Shown piece by piece: positions 18,101-23,746 of a stretch of DNA of 32,000 nt. Source of the stretch: Clostridia bacterium (GTDB taxonomy: Bacteria > Bacillota > Clostridia > TANB77 > UBA1234); assembly GCA_016291695.1 (NCBI GenBank), contig JAEEYG010000074.1:17561-49560 (forward strand). Direction: 5' to 3'. The first letter of the stretch is position 1, and every line of letters begins with the position of its first letter. Position numbers and translations under genes: made by a program. The notes beneath the pieces were generated by a model. It was not told the origin of the DNA. It ran no database searches and saw only the letters and a list, made by a program, of their open reading frames with translations.

Positions 18101-20921
18101 TGAGGATATAAGAGCAGAAGCACAAGGAACCGGCGTAACAACAGATACTTACATTACAAATGACTTACAGATGACCAATAATGGCGATAAGGTATTTGCA
18201 ATCGTATATAACGACGAATACTATCTAAATAAAGGCGAAGGTCATGTAAGTTCAAATAAAGCAACAATTCACATCTTAAGTAATGCATACTACAAAGTAG
18301 AGCACGGAACATCAAGCGAATACTACTTTGACAACTTAGATGATGCATTTAGAAAAGCAGAGAGTGGTGACAAAGTAAGAGTAATTAAGAACGTGCCTTC
18401 AAGCCCTGGCGAAGGTGAAGCAGTACTTGCTGGAAATAAGAATGTTGAGTTAGTATTAAACGGATTTACGATTAATATGACTGATAAAATTTTAGTACAA
18501 TCTGGTTCAACATTAAATATTACTGGCAATGGAAGCATCAGTAAGACTGGTGGATATATAATCGAAAATGCTGGCACGGTAACATTAAATGGTTCATTTG
18601 AAATAAATAATGCAAGCGGAAGCGGTATTAAGGGAACATCAGGTTCTGTAACTAATGTTTCGAATGGAACAATTAATGTAATGACAAATGGCATTAGCGT
18701 GGCAGATGGTAGATTAAATATCACAGGAGGAAGCATAAATGCTACTTCAACCAGTGATGAAACTTATGGTATTTCACTAACTGATGGAACAAGGTTTGCA
18801 ATGTCAGGCGGAGAAATAACAGCAAGTAGTTCTATAGCTGATAGTCAGGCAGTAATTGCAGCAATTTACATTAATGAAAATGTAAATGGAAGAAATGAAA
18901 TTTCAGGAGGTACAATCTCAGCAACTGGTGCTACGGGTGTTAATAACGGTTCTGGTATAGTAAATGCTGGAAAATCAGATATTACCATCCAAGGCGGTAG
19001 AATTGAAGGAACTAAAGCAGGTATTGAAAACTCATCAACTAATAGTTATGGCGACTTAACTATTAGAGGCGGAGAAGTTTCTGGCGGAACTTATGGTGTA
19101 CTAAATGACGCAAGTGGAGCTAAAGTAATAGTTGGAACAGAAGGCGGAGAAGTATCTACATCTGTACCAAAAGTACAAGGTGAAACTGTTGCAGTATTTA
19201 ATACAAGAAATAACAATACACTTGAGTTCTATGACGGTAAGTTACTATCACATTCTGACTTAATCGTATATCAATGTGTAAGCAATACAACATTAACGAT
19301 TGATCCAACTGCAAAAGATATTTATACAGAATCTGGACATGGAAAAGTTAAAGTTGAAACTGGATACAGCATTGTTATTGATAAAGAAGGAACATACAAT
19401 AGAGCAACGTTATCAGCAGAAACACCGCCAGAAACGAAAACATTACAAGATCAAACTGTAAAGGTTGATGAAAGAGCAACGTTCGAAGTAGAAATAACTA
19501 CAGAAGGACATCCATCAGACTATACATTCTCTTGGGAAGTAAGTACTGACGGTGGCTCGACATGGACTCCAGTAACTGTTGGAACAGGTATAAATACATC
19601 TACATTTACTACACCTCCTGCAACTGAAGAAATGGATGGATATAAGTATAGATGTAAGATTATAAATGGAACAACAGTATCGTATACAAATGCTGCAAGG
19701 TTAATAGTTGATCTTGGAGATGCGTATGCAAGACAAAGACCACTTGTAAGAGTAATGTACAAGAATGGTGCTAGAGTTGTAAGAAATGATGGAAACAACA
19801 AGTACGTAGACATGCAAGTTATCATCAAGTCGTACTCAGAACTTAAAGAAACAACACTATCATTTAATGGAACAACTACAAACATTCTTGCTAGCGATTA
19901 TGAGTCAACAAGCTTTACGGTTAATAAGACAGCAAGTGGAGACAAGATTGCAAGTGAGATACATCCAGACGTATTTGAATACAACTATGCATGGGATATA
20001 GTAACTAAAGTAAATGGTTCTATGACAGTATATGCAAAAGATATGAACAACAACGACAGTAGAGAAACTCAGACAATTGATATCTTATATGACCTAAGAG
20101 TTGATAAGACAATATCTAAGTTATCTGACAAGAACAATGATTTAGTAATTACATTCTTTGCAAATAGACCAGTAAGGTATGTAGATTCAGATGGCTATGA
20201 TGTACCACAGAGCGACTTGAGAAATGCAGAAAATACAGCTTACTCATTGAAGTATACATACATGCCAAGAGAAGGATTCCCAGAGACAACGTTCAACTTT
20301 GAAGATGAATTTGGAAACAAAGCATCATGCACAGTCGACGCAGTTCAAAGGGTAAGGTATAAGGATGTTATATTCAATGAAAATGGTACAGATATTACAG
20401 ACCTTTCGGTACATGATGCATATAGTGTTGCTCAAGGCCTAGAATCTGAAACTGAAGTAAACGCAAATCTTGATGCACAATCAAGATATGGTGTAAACAG
20501 AGCACAGATTGATATGTTCATGGGTAGAGCAAGAGACTTAGGTGCAGCAGACATACTTTATGATGCAACTTCTTCAAAGACATTTGATGGAGTAATGCCA
20601 AAAGAAATGACCGCATCTGAAGTCAAAGATGAAGCTTACGACTATGTGGGCAATGAAAAGAACAACTATGTTGCAACTGTAGGTGAAAATGAGGCATTCA
20701 TAGAGTTAGATAAAGACAAGAATCACCTAAGTTCTGAAGATAGGTCATATGTTGATGTAATCACAAAAGCATCAAGCTTATACAAGGGTGATGATATTTC
20801 AACATTTGATAAAGGCGACAACGTAAGACCATACATGTACAAAGACGAAACTGATAAGGCAATAAATGTTGATAATAATGTTAATGAAGCAACGTTTAGA
20901 GCTATAATTGTTGGCAATTAG
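9141..20921 (+). CDS. Giant secreted multidomain adhesin-like surface protein (3,926 aa)
   Basis: GGAGGGG SD and a signal peptide (MKRLAMIFAILICFFTFGSIVAYA/DD). There are four ~110-130-aa modules beginning (V/I)xLDTTxPT (nt ~9230-11100). 'YDGxxKxP...NNxxVGTATV' Ig-like repeats alternate with MBG-type repeats (KVYGxPDP...GEsIGxYPI). A DUF285/BspA-like LRR block (FxxCxxLTxIDLsxFDTSKVTxMxxMF) lies at nt ~11430-12300. Also present are a DUF5011-like Ig domain and a Listeria-Bacteroides repeat (nt ~15210-15430). Further domains are Big_2 (nt ~15920-16155), LRR_5 (nt ~17380-17830), Ig-like domains with a YxW...YxC pattern, and a Gly/Thr/Ser-rich beta-helix-like region (nt ~18400-19200). No LPXTG motif or C-terminal TM segment was seen. 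Confidence 0.9.
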   Translation: MKRLAMIFAILICFFTFGSIVAYADDPISTKVIVDTRAPSHGLISYGEKNASNAVNFSISNISDGSNGSGIKSVSWSVTASGQAEQSGSTNVNNYPLNYNSPTYQATILDNVDYVLTLTIEDAVGNKLQESMMFGTNGQDGPIQDDVILDTTAPTAGGIVFGTKQAGDVVPFTINSISDGTGSGIARIDWSLTKNEVELDSGYKTYANLPLNITQESFSTVISTDEVYILTATIRDAVGNIKRIAAMYGGDDGLGPIHTDITLDSTPPTADDIVFESINSSGDAGFSMSNISDGSGSGIAKIVWTLIKGTTVVDTITATKSAYPLSIDREEYSYTISEAGFYNVVAEIYDYMDNVTTKTLNNVMLGIDISTNNPNISHTLSSDSLPYDGTEKKPTISIFDSQSVLTLGEDYTLAFGECINVGTVNVVATGAGIYYNTREITYDITKRLVDVWPTTIMITPGSSVPTPLAYTYTEVYELPGGSSLAPQFTGNLSTTANSSSPVGRYPIERGTLTIVNNSIYAINQIKPGYVYVTDNNGTDPIHTDVILDTTPPTIGNIVCGAIDESGVVVLEVKDVADSGTGVVSVKWTVELNNNGDYVPVVSGYETLYPEVATTDDQITINNMIPGNYRLTIEAQDAVGNVGNKIESRFIALGKATLMARESDYINTSNNRAYMIGAKRAGKAYYADQVSKVVFVDSINVPAGAVDSWDVSAEQNGCILSWIVSSGTSYIQYIGSQSDRIFAKSGGYLFADYSNMTQIEENDTVLDISDVATTNEMFLNASSLTSINLANYDTSNVINMRGMFNGASSLTTINLSTFDTSKVVNMKEMFKDCDSLTGITVTENKFDTSKVTDMSYMFSGCEHLANVSLVAGSKFATAEVTDMRSMFEGCSALTQIDLTRFDTSKVTNMASMFKDCSNLTTLAANNLETQKVEDMSSMFEGTAKLSTINVTGFNTSKVTTMANMFNGSGITSIDLSGAGFNTSNVRTMEAMFKDCNKLTALDVSGLETQNVANVSEMFSGCSLITKLDLSGFSTSSVSHMDEMFKDMSAIKTMLLGTSFDKFAGTDMLEGTSSLEAIITLSETPMLLSTSVNKNSGTILYVVNESVESVFESEPEYIAVFTRDKVRPILALIGNQTVSVGLSTTEGYVDQGATVAGYNLANAVNYTQYGFVLAETANDVDRTTIGRYHVTYTVSKSGTNLMSVTRNVDVIGTPITDYEIELGTLDSYVYDGKQKRPSVVVKKTVGTETEILSSDNYDVDYKNNTDVGTAIVIVKGKGNYYDTISKTFEITRRNLVIRANPLIYTKVHGDEDPTFTYGYTNNVLASPSDGILVDEIPGFDGALSRESGESIGQYPLTVGTLVVKDNLDTSFKANNYDIVINNTGSYLEIIKAVISDFTIDETIFEYDGQEHKPGVHVTVNGVTLVSGDDYDVTYEHAKDAGTATVTVTGKGDYEGTPSMDYVITPRRVIIIPANNSKVYGKPDPSPITSYAIKYSKDTTQAGLVTGEVPTESGELARTTGESIGSYPIVQNTLRLLNSTTYKASNYSVDYDTTKSFTIQEVPLSEFATVTLNPTTYTYDGTPKEPTATVTLTDSTVLVYGTDYYVTYEDNINVGQATANIIGMGGYTGTIRKPFTITEATITGGVVLDGTGEIGTGVVAVVTVNPSDAELTYRWYITDTSGDTVNGTLIPDENTKTLEIKEEYDGKYIYVVVNAEKPNYTETSFISDGTVGPARELTPPSTPVVTAKYNNSTGEVYTNGTWTNQNVWINVKSTDASGIAYYEYSTTSEEYGFTTMGSVSADGSSSITLNTSQNLVTYYFRSVDNSGNISGTSSIIVAIDKEAPTIVELLLYPTGWTKDSVKVTASATDSLSGINGYLFGASGANVFTEVDNTHHTSQDATYSSNVAGYIFAVRDEAGNIATREFSVTGIDNVPPVVNVDEVPTDNDEEVVVNIEAHDPDIDTNGDSIPDSPGSGIEDVTINNEDVDTTTNPSGGEEGTTTITDEGTYVVEAEDEGGNTTDVEFNVYAVYYSGNGVPGSMHKQVKYEDTSVTIKANGFITDKYTFLSWNTKADGTGITYMPGDTYSGTATIVLYAQWQKISHQLDTVVLDAYDIPFTGEQVTPQARVYNELGELLTEGIDYEVSYSNNINVGTATVIITGIGDYEGQEKVVEFNIYGVDITKNITAELDNTLFIYDGTQKRPNAIVTYGTTVLKVGVDYYPVRYENNVKAGTATATIVGKGSYYGEITLEFIIAKADRNLKAHNIIMNVGETRVLDFTYDGELGNNPPVLTSSNTTIATATVTGNVMSVRGVKEGNVILDVSIDESENYKAAEASVQVIVKKAGSSGGATPDGPLFGTILINDDAEYTVTPRTLLYISAQNAAYMYISETNTKPSADSSGWLDYSTRLPYVFSSSFGTKTIYAWFKDSNGTVSEVAYDTIMLVDRYSLDDEENGHGYDEPAHDSILYDKTEINKLPPSTDYDEFRNNGIDVKVVFNQQDVLVNETRSGVDYSTIRYGYKNLDDGSSSYTWLDSGNIITNLKYATTYEIVTEASDNAGNGPTMSMPYVFKTESKYGTSITLKDKNVQYDGLAHELDKAVIDLVEGKPLTGTLTYSYYKDKEHNTTPIYTVVTVGIGQAVRTGTAPTEPGVYYVVVTLENDNSYFDTVSENVGELRIGWYIGTGNQNVFAYIEENPSGSDTYVLHVTGDGEMKSLEDIKKQNPEVEYTYWEEYKDKITSLDIGSGSDDDIRNIGSEVFSDLPNITKIIIPDSVTKIGDGAFEGDSGVTSNIVIPAGVNQIGSNPFAGVNNTAFEVVYGNESFDTINGVLVDKDHERLISYPGGNVATQYTIPDGITTIEDAAFKDSDNLQRVIIPDGVTTIDAQAFADCDNLRIVEIEDCMNNDAENLSKVGNDAFSNISNNSIIYTFSKEIADVFEKNVDYDPNKTKVYYPPTIKVHPADANGAVNSPLKFTVVAEPGYPEDLNYKWFTIHEDIRAEAQGTGVTTDTYITNDLQMTNNGDKVFAIVYNDEYYLNKGEGHVSSNKATIHILSNAYYKVEHGTSSEYYFDNLDDAFRKAESGDKVRVIKNVPSSPGEGEAVLAGNKNVELVLNGFTINMTDKILVQSGSTLNITGNGSISKTGGYIIENAGTVTLNGSFEINNASGSGIKGTSGSVTNVSNGTINVMTNGISVADGRLNITGGSINATSTSDETYGISLTDGTRFAMSGGEITASSSIADSQAVIAAIYINENVNGRNEISGGTISATGATGVNNGSGIVNAGKSDITIQGGRIEGTKAGIENSSTNSYGDLTIRGGEVSGGTYGVLNDASGAKVIVGTEGGEVSTSVPKVQGETVAVFNTRNNNTLEFYDGKLLSHSDLIVYQCVSNTTLTIDPTAKDIYTESGHGKVKVETGYSIVIDKEGTYNRATLSAETPPETKTLQDQTVKVDERATFEVEITTEGHPSDYTFSWEVSTDGGSTWTPVTVGTGINTSTFTTPPATEEMDGYKYRCKIINGTTVSYTNAARLIVDLGDAYARQRPLVRVMYKNGARVVRNDGNNKYVDMQVIIKSYSELKETTLSFNGTTTNILASDYESTSFTVNKTASGDKIASEIHPDVFEYNYAWDIVTKVNGSMTVYAKDMNNNDSRETQTIDILYDLRVDKTISKLSDKNNDLVITFFANRPVRYVDSDGYDVPQSDLRNAENTAYSLKYTYMPREGFPETTFNFEDEFGNKASCTVDAVQRVRYKDVIFNENGTDITDLSVHDAYSVAQGLESETEVNANLDAQSRYGVNRAQIDMFMGRARDLGAADILYDATSSKTFDGVMPKEMTASEVKDEAYDYVGNEKNNYVATVGENEAFIELDKDKNHLSSEDRSYVDVITKASSLYKGDDISTFDKGDNVRPYMYKDETDKAINVDNNVNEATFRAIIVGN

Positions 20922-20959
20922 TAGTTGCGGACAATATGGATCTAAAGGAGGTATGAATT

Positions 20960-21982
20960 ATGATGACATTAAAAAACAATAATTCTCTAGCAACTTCTTT
21001 TAAAGAAGTTGCTAGAGGAAATAAAGGTATTTCACTAGTTGCACTTATTATTACGATAATTGTAATAGTTATACTTGCAGCAATTGCCTTAAATACGTTT
21101 TTCACAACAACAGAAACTCAAGCATTAAAAACCAAAGCACTAAATGAGTTCATAGAAATAGAAAATGCGGTATTCCAAAGAGGCCAAGAAAACAAGCTAG
21201 ATTCTTCGGTGTACACATTGATTGGTACAGAATTAAGCAATAGCAGTGCTATGTTTGTAAATAATAAGAATTATGGCGATGGTTATTACTTAGTAAACAA
21301 GTATGAACTATTTGGTTTAGGTGTAAACTCAACTACTCATGACTACATCGTAAATTATAGTAATGGTGAAGTAACACTTGTAACACCTTACGTAATTGAC
21401 GGAAAAAACATTTACACTAAGGACGATTTGATTTTTAGCGAAGTTGGAGATTCTGTTGTAGATATGGCAACTTACAATGAAGAAAAAGGTGTTAATGCAC
21501 CAATTGTATTTACAGGAATGCTACCTGTCGTACAAGAAAATGGAAAATGGAAGATTGTATCTAAAGATGATGACTCATGGTATGACTATACTATAACTGA
21601 GCATGGTCCAAACAGGACTGCTAATGTAATGCTTTTAGATGGAGTAACTGCTAAAGATTCAAATGGCAGATACTACACCAATGAAGAATTACGTGGTATG
21701 AATCCACTCGATAGAGAGGGATTATATATCGAAAATGAAGGCAGTATGTTTGTATGGTTCCCAAGATACACCTATAAGATTGAATCTAACGGAACAAAGA
21801 GCATTGTTTATAGTAAATTAACTAATGATTACACATTAAATGGATACACTAAATCTCCGTCATTCTATTTTGGAGAGTATTCTGGAGCAACACCAGATAA
21901 TGATAACGCAGGTTATGTAGCTGGTGGAAAAGAGCTATCTGGAATATGGATTTCAAAATATGAAGCTAAATATGTTTACTAA
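20960..21982 (+). CDS. Prepilin-type N-terminal domain protein with a large C-terminal globular domain (340 aa)
   Basis: AAGGAGG SD 8 nt upstream. It has a class-III-like signal (...ARGNKG/ISLVALIITIIVIVILAAIAL) with Ala where the pilin Glu+5 is expected. It starts 38 nt after the giant gene and is followed by a terminator. Confidence 0.7.
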   Translation: MMTLKNNNSLATSFKEVARGNKGISLVALIITIIVIVILAAIALNTFFTTTETQALKTKALNEFIEIENAVFQRGQENKLDSSVYTLIGTELSNSSAMFVNNKNYGDGYYLVNKYELFGLGVNSTTHDYIVNYSNGEVTLVTPYVIDGKNIYTKDDLIFSEVGDSVVDMATYNEEKGVNAPIVFTGMLPVVQENGKWKIVSKDDDSWYDYTITEHGPNRTANVMLLDGVTAKDSNGRYYTNEELRGMNPLDREGLYIENEGSMFVWFPRYTYKIESNGTKSIVYSKLTNDYTLNGYTKSPSFYFGEYSGATPDNDNAGYVAGGKELSGIWISKYEAKYVY

Positions 21983-22070
21983 AGATAAAATAGCATAGAA
22001 TTCTACTAAAGATAAAGAGCAATTCAAATTTACTAAAGACAAAGAGCAATTCAAATTTACTAAAGACAAA
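21977..22070 (+). repeat. 27-bp tandem repeat, about 3.5 units, starting on the stop codon of the prepilin-like gene
   Basis: Units start at 21977, 22004, 22031 and 22058. The consensus is TACTAAAGACAAAGAGCAATTCAAATT. The two central units differ at one base, the first unit is diverged and the last is truncated. Confidence 0.8.
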
Positions 22071-22088
22071 TTCACGAAGTAGTGAAGC

Positions 22089-22136
22089 AAAGAAGGTTCT
22101 CGCAAAACGAGAGCCTTCTTTGTTTTTCTCTTTTTT
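22089..22136 (+). terminator. Rho-independent terminator of the giant-gene/prepilin-like operon
   Basis: AAAGAAGGTTCTCG-CAAAA-CGAGAGCCTTCTTT (14-bp stem with one G-U pair) followed by TGTTTTTCTCTTTTTT. Confidence 0.75.
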
Positions 22137-22160
22137 AATCTATAACATTAATACCCTCGC
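22128..22160. repeat. Copy 1 of a 33-nt identical box (CTCTTTTTTAATCTATAACATTAATACCCTCGC)
   Basis: Exact match to 22350-22382. Weaker similarity continues for ~70 nt into a GC-rich hairpin (TGGCGCAC-TCTG-GTGCGCCA, 22197-22216). Confidence 0.8.
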
Positions 22161-22349
22161 ACTGTCTTTTTTGATTAATTCGGGAATACTTCGTAGTGGC
22201 GCACTCTGGTGCGCCATATACAATGATTATAAAAGCCAAACGAACAGTGTTCGGGTATAAATGTTATATATTAAAAAAGAGGTCGCCCGCCTATAAGTTG
22301 GAAATTTTGCAAAGCAAAATTTCCTTCCACAAGCTCCATCAAACTCTTA

Positions 22350-22382
22350 CTCTTTTTTAATCTATAACATTAATACCCTCGC
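22350..22382. repeat. Copy 2 of the 33-nt box
   Basis: Exact match to 22128-22160, 222 nt downstream of copy 1. It is followed by the GC-rich interrupted hairpin TAGCGG...CCGCTA (22405-22446), which ends 10 nt from the dprA stop. Confidence 0.8.
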
Positions 22383-22456
22383 GCTGTTCTTTTTGTTTAT
22401 TTCATAGCGGACAGCACTGCTCGCCATGGATGATAGTGCGCCGCTACGATTCATTG

Positions 22457-23365
22457 CTACGAGGTGTGTAGTACATAGTTTCCCGAAGCGTCTTGCATTA
22501 TATATCCATTAATCTCCATCATGATTAAATCTGAGGATATAGTTGAAACTGGAATAGTACTAAAGAATGAGCAAATGCTATTAAATGATGCAGGTGAGAA
22601 TTCTTTTAAATAGCTATAGTAATGCAAGTATTGCTTTTCAATAAAGTCTGGATTTGCTTCGTTGTCTAATAAGTCCGCAAATGATAACTGATTATTATTT
22701 AATGTATCGTTTATTACCTCGGACACGGAAAGGAGAATTCTAGCTCCTTCATAGATGAGATTATTGCATCCTTTTCCATTTTCGTGTTTTAAGTTCCATG
22801 GGATGCAGTATATTTTTTTGTTTAATTGACGTGCATGTTTGGCAGTATTCATTGCACCACTCTTAAATGGTGCTTCAACTATGATAGTGGCACTAGAATG
22901 TGCCGCAATCAAACGATTTCGGTCTAAAAACGTAAAAGCTTGAGGGGAGGTATCATTACTATACTCAGAAACAATTGCGCCTCCATTGTCAATTATTTGC
23001 TTTATAAGCGATATTCTACTTCTGTTAATTGTTGCATCAAATCCTCCTGCAATATATGCGATAGTCTTTCCATTATTAAATGTTCCCTTATGTGCATTGG
23101 TATCGATTCCAAACGCGGCTCCACTTACTACAATTATATTTTTTGAGGAAATTACTTGTGCAATTTTTTGAGCGATAGAATTTCCTTCTTCGGATGAGCT
23201 TCTTGTGCCCACAATTGCTACGGAAGGTTCATTTAGAATGGCTTCGTCTCCTATGACATATAGCTTATCAGGGCAGTCTGGAAGAGAGAGAAGATTCTGA
23301 GGAAAAAGTGGATTTTCTTTTGTAAGTTCTTTTATTTCTAAATTGAGTCTTTTAAAAATCATCAT
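22457..23365 (-). CDS. dprA: DNA processing protein DprA (302 aa)
   Basis: Rossmann-like DprA core (VAIVGTRSSSEEG, VSGAAFGIDTNAHKG, IVEAPFKSGAMNTA). The AAGGAG SD overlaps the yraN stop codon. Confidence 0.85.
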   Translation of the reverse strand: MMIFKRLNLEIKELTKENPLFPQNLLSLPDCPDKLYVIGDEAILNEPSVAIVGTRSSSEEGNSIAQKIAQVISSKNIIVVSGAAFGIDTNAHKGTFNNGKTIAYIAGGFDATINRSRISLIKQIIDNGGAIVSEYSNDTSPQAFTFLDRNRLIAAHSSATIIVEAPFKSGAMNTAKHARQLNKKIYCIPWNLKHENGKGCNNLIYEGARILLSVSEVINDTLNNNQLSFADLLDNEANPDFIEKQYLHYYSYLKEFSPASFNSICSFFSTIPVSTISSDLIMMEINGYIMQDASGNYVLHTS

Positions 23366-23371
23366 TACTCC

Positions 23372-23743
23372 TTAATATGGTGAATCAATAATTGCTTTTT
23401 TGATATGATGTATCTTTTTTGAATTTATTATTTCAATTGCATCAAATCTGACTGGATAATTCTCGAGATTATATAAATATAAAAAGTATGATGCAGTTTT
23501 ATATAGGTGTTTTGTCTTATAGTACGTGATTGCTTCTGCAGGATTTCCACAATTTGTATTTGTTCTAGTTTTGACTTCTATGAAAACAACTTCATGTGGT
23601 GCTATAGACCTATCTAGGGCTATTAAATCTATTTCTCCAAAATAGCAAGAAAAGTTTTTACATAGTATTTTGTAGTTTAAGTTTTCTAAATACTTGGCTG
23701 ATATTATTTCGCCTTTGTTTCCAAGTTTCTTTTTGTAGTACAT
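23372..23743 (-). CDS. yraN: YraN family (UPF0102) endonuclease-like protein (123 aa)
   Basis: GEIDLIALD and VFIEVKTRT motifs, and the typical comM-yraN-dprA neighbourhood. Confidence 0.8.
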   Translation of the reverse strand: MYYKKKLGNKGEIISAKYLENLNYKILCKNFSCYFGEIDLIALDRSIAPHEVVFIEVKTRTNTNCGNPAEAITYYKTKHLYKTASYFLYLYNLENYPVRFDAIEIINSKKIHHIKKAIIDSPY

Positions 23744-23746
23744 ATG

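Noticed and set aside
9782-20917. Fourteen antisense ORFs of 62-137 aa inside the giant gene, and similar antisense ORFs in other genes (for example 697..981, 1687..2106, 4426..4773, 7504..7770).
   Set aside because: They lie fully within long sense ORFs that have clear domain content. Their products are low-complexity and hydrophobic, as is typical of antisense AT-rich coding DNA. They have no SD sequences.
20700-20921. A sortase LPXTG motif or hydrophobic C-terminal anchor on the giant protein.
   Set aside because: I read the last ~150 aa and found no LPXTG-like motif or TM stretch. The absence is reported as a finding rather than as a feature.
21977-22070. The 27-bp repeats are a CRISPR array.
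   Set aside because: The units are directly tandem with no spacers, and there are no cas genes.
22127-22456. A tRNA gene, possibly a frameshift-suppressor tRNA, is hidden in the GC-rich intergenic hairpins. The GTTCGAG segment near 8840 was also considered.
   Set aside because: I could not build a cloverleaf. There is no T-loop GTTCRANYC with a matching 5-bp stem, no acceptor stem, and the hairpin loops are only 3-4 nt. This needs tRNAscan-SE to be certain.
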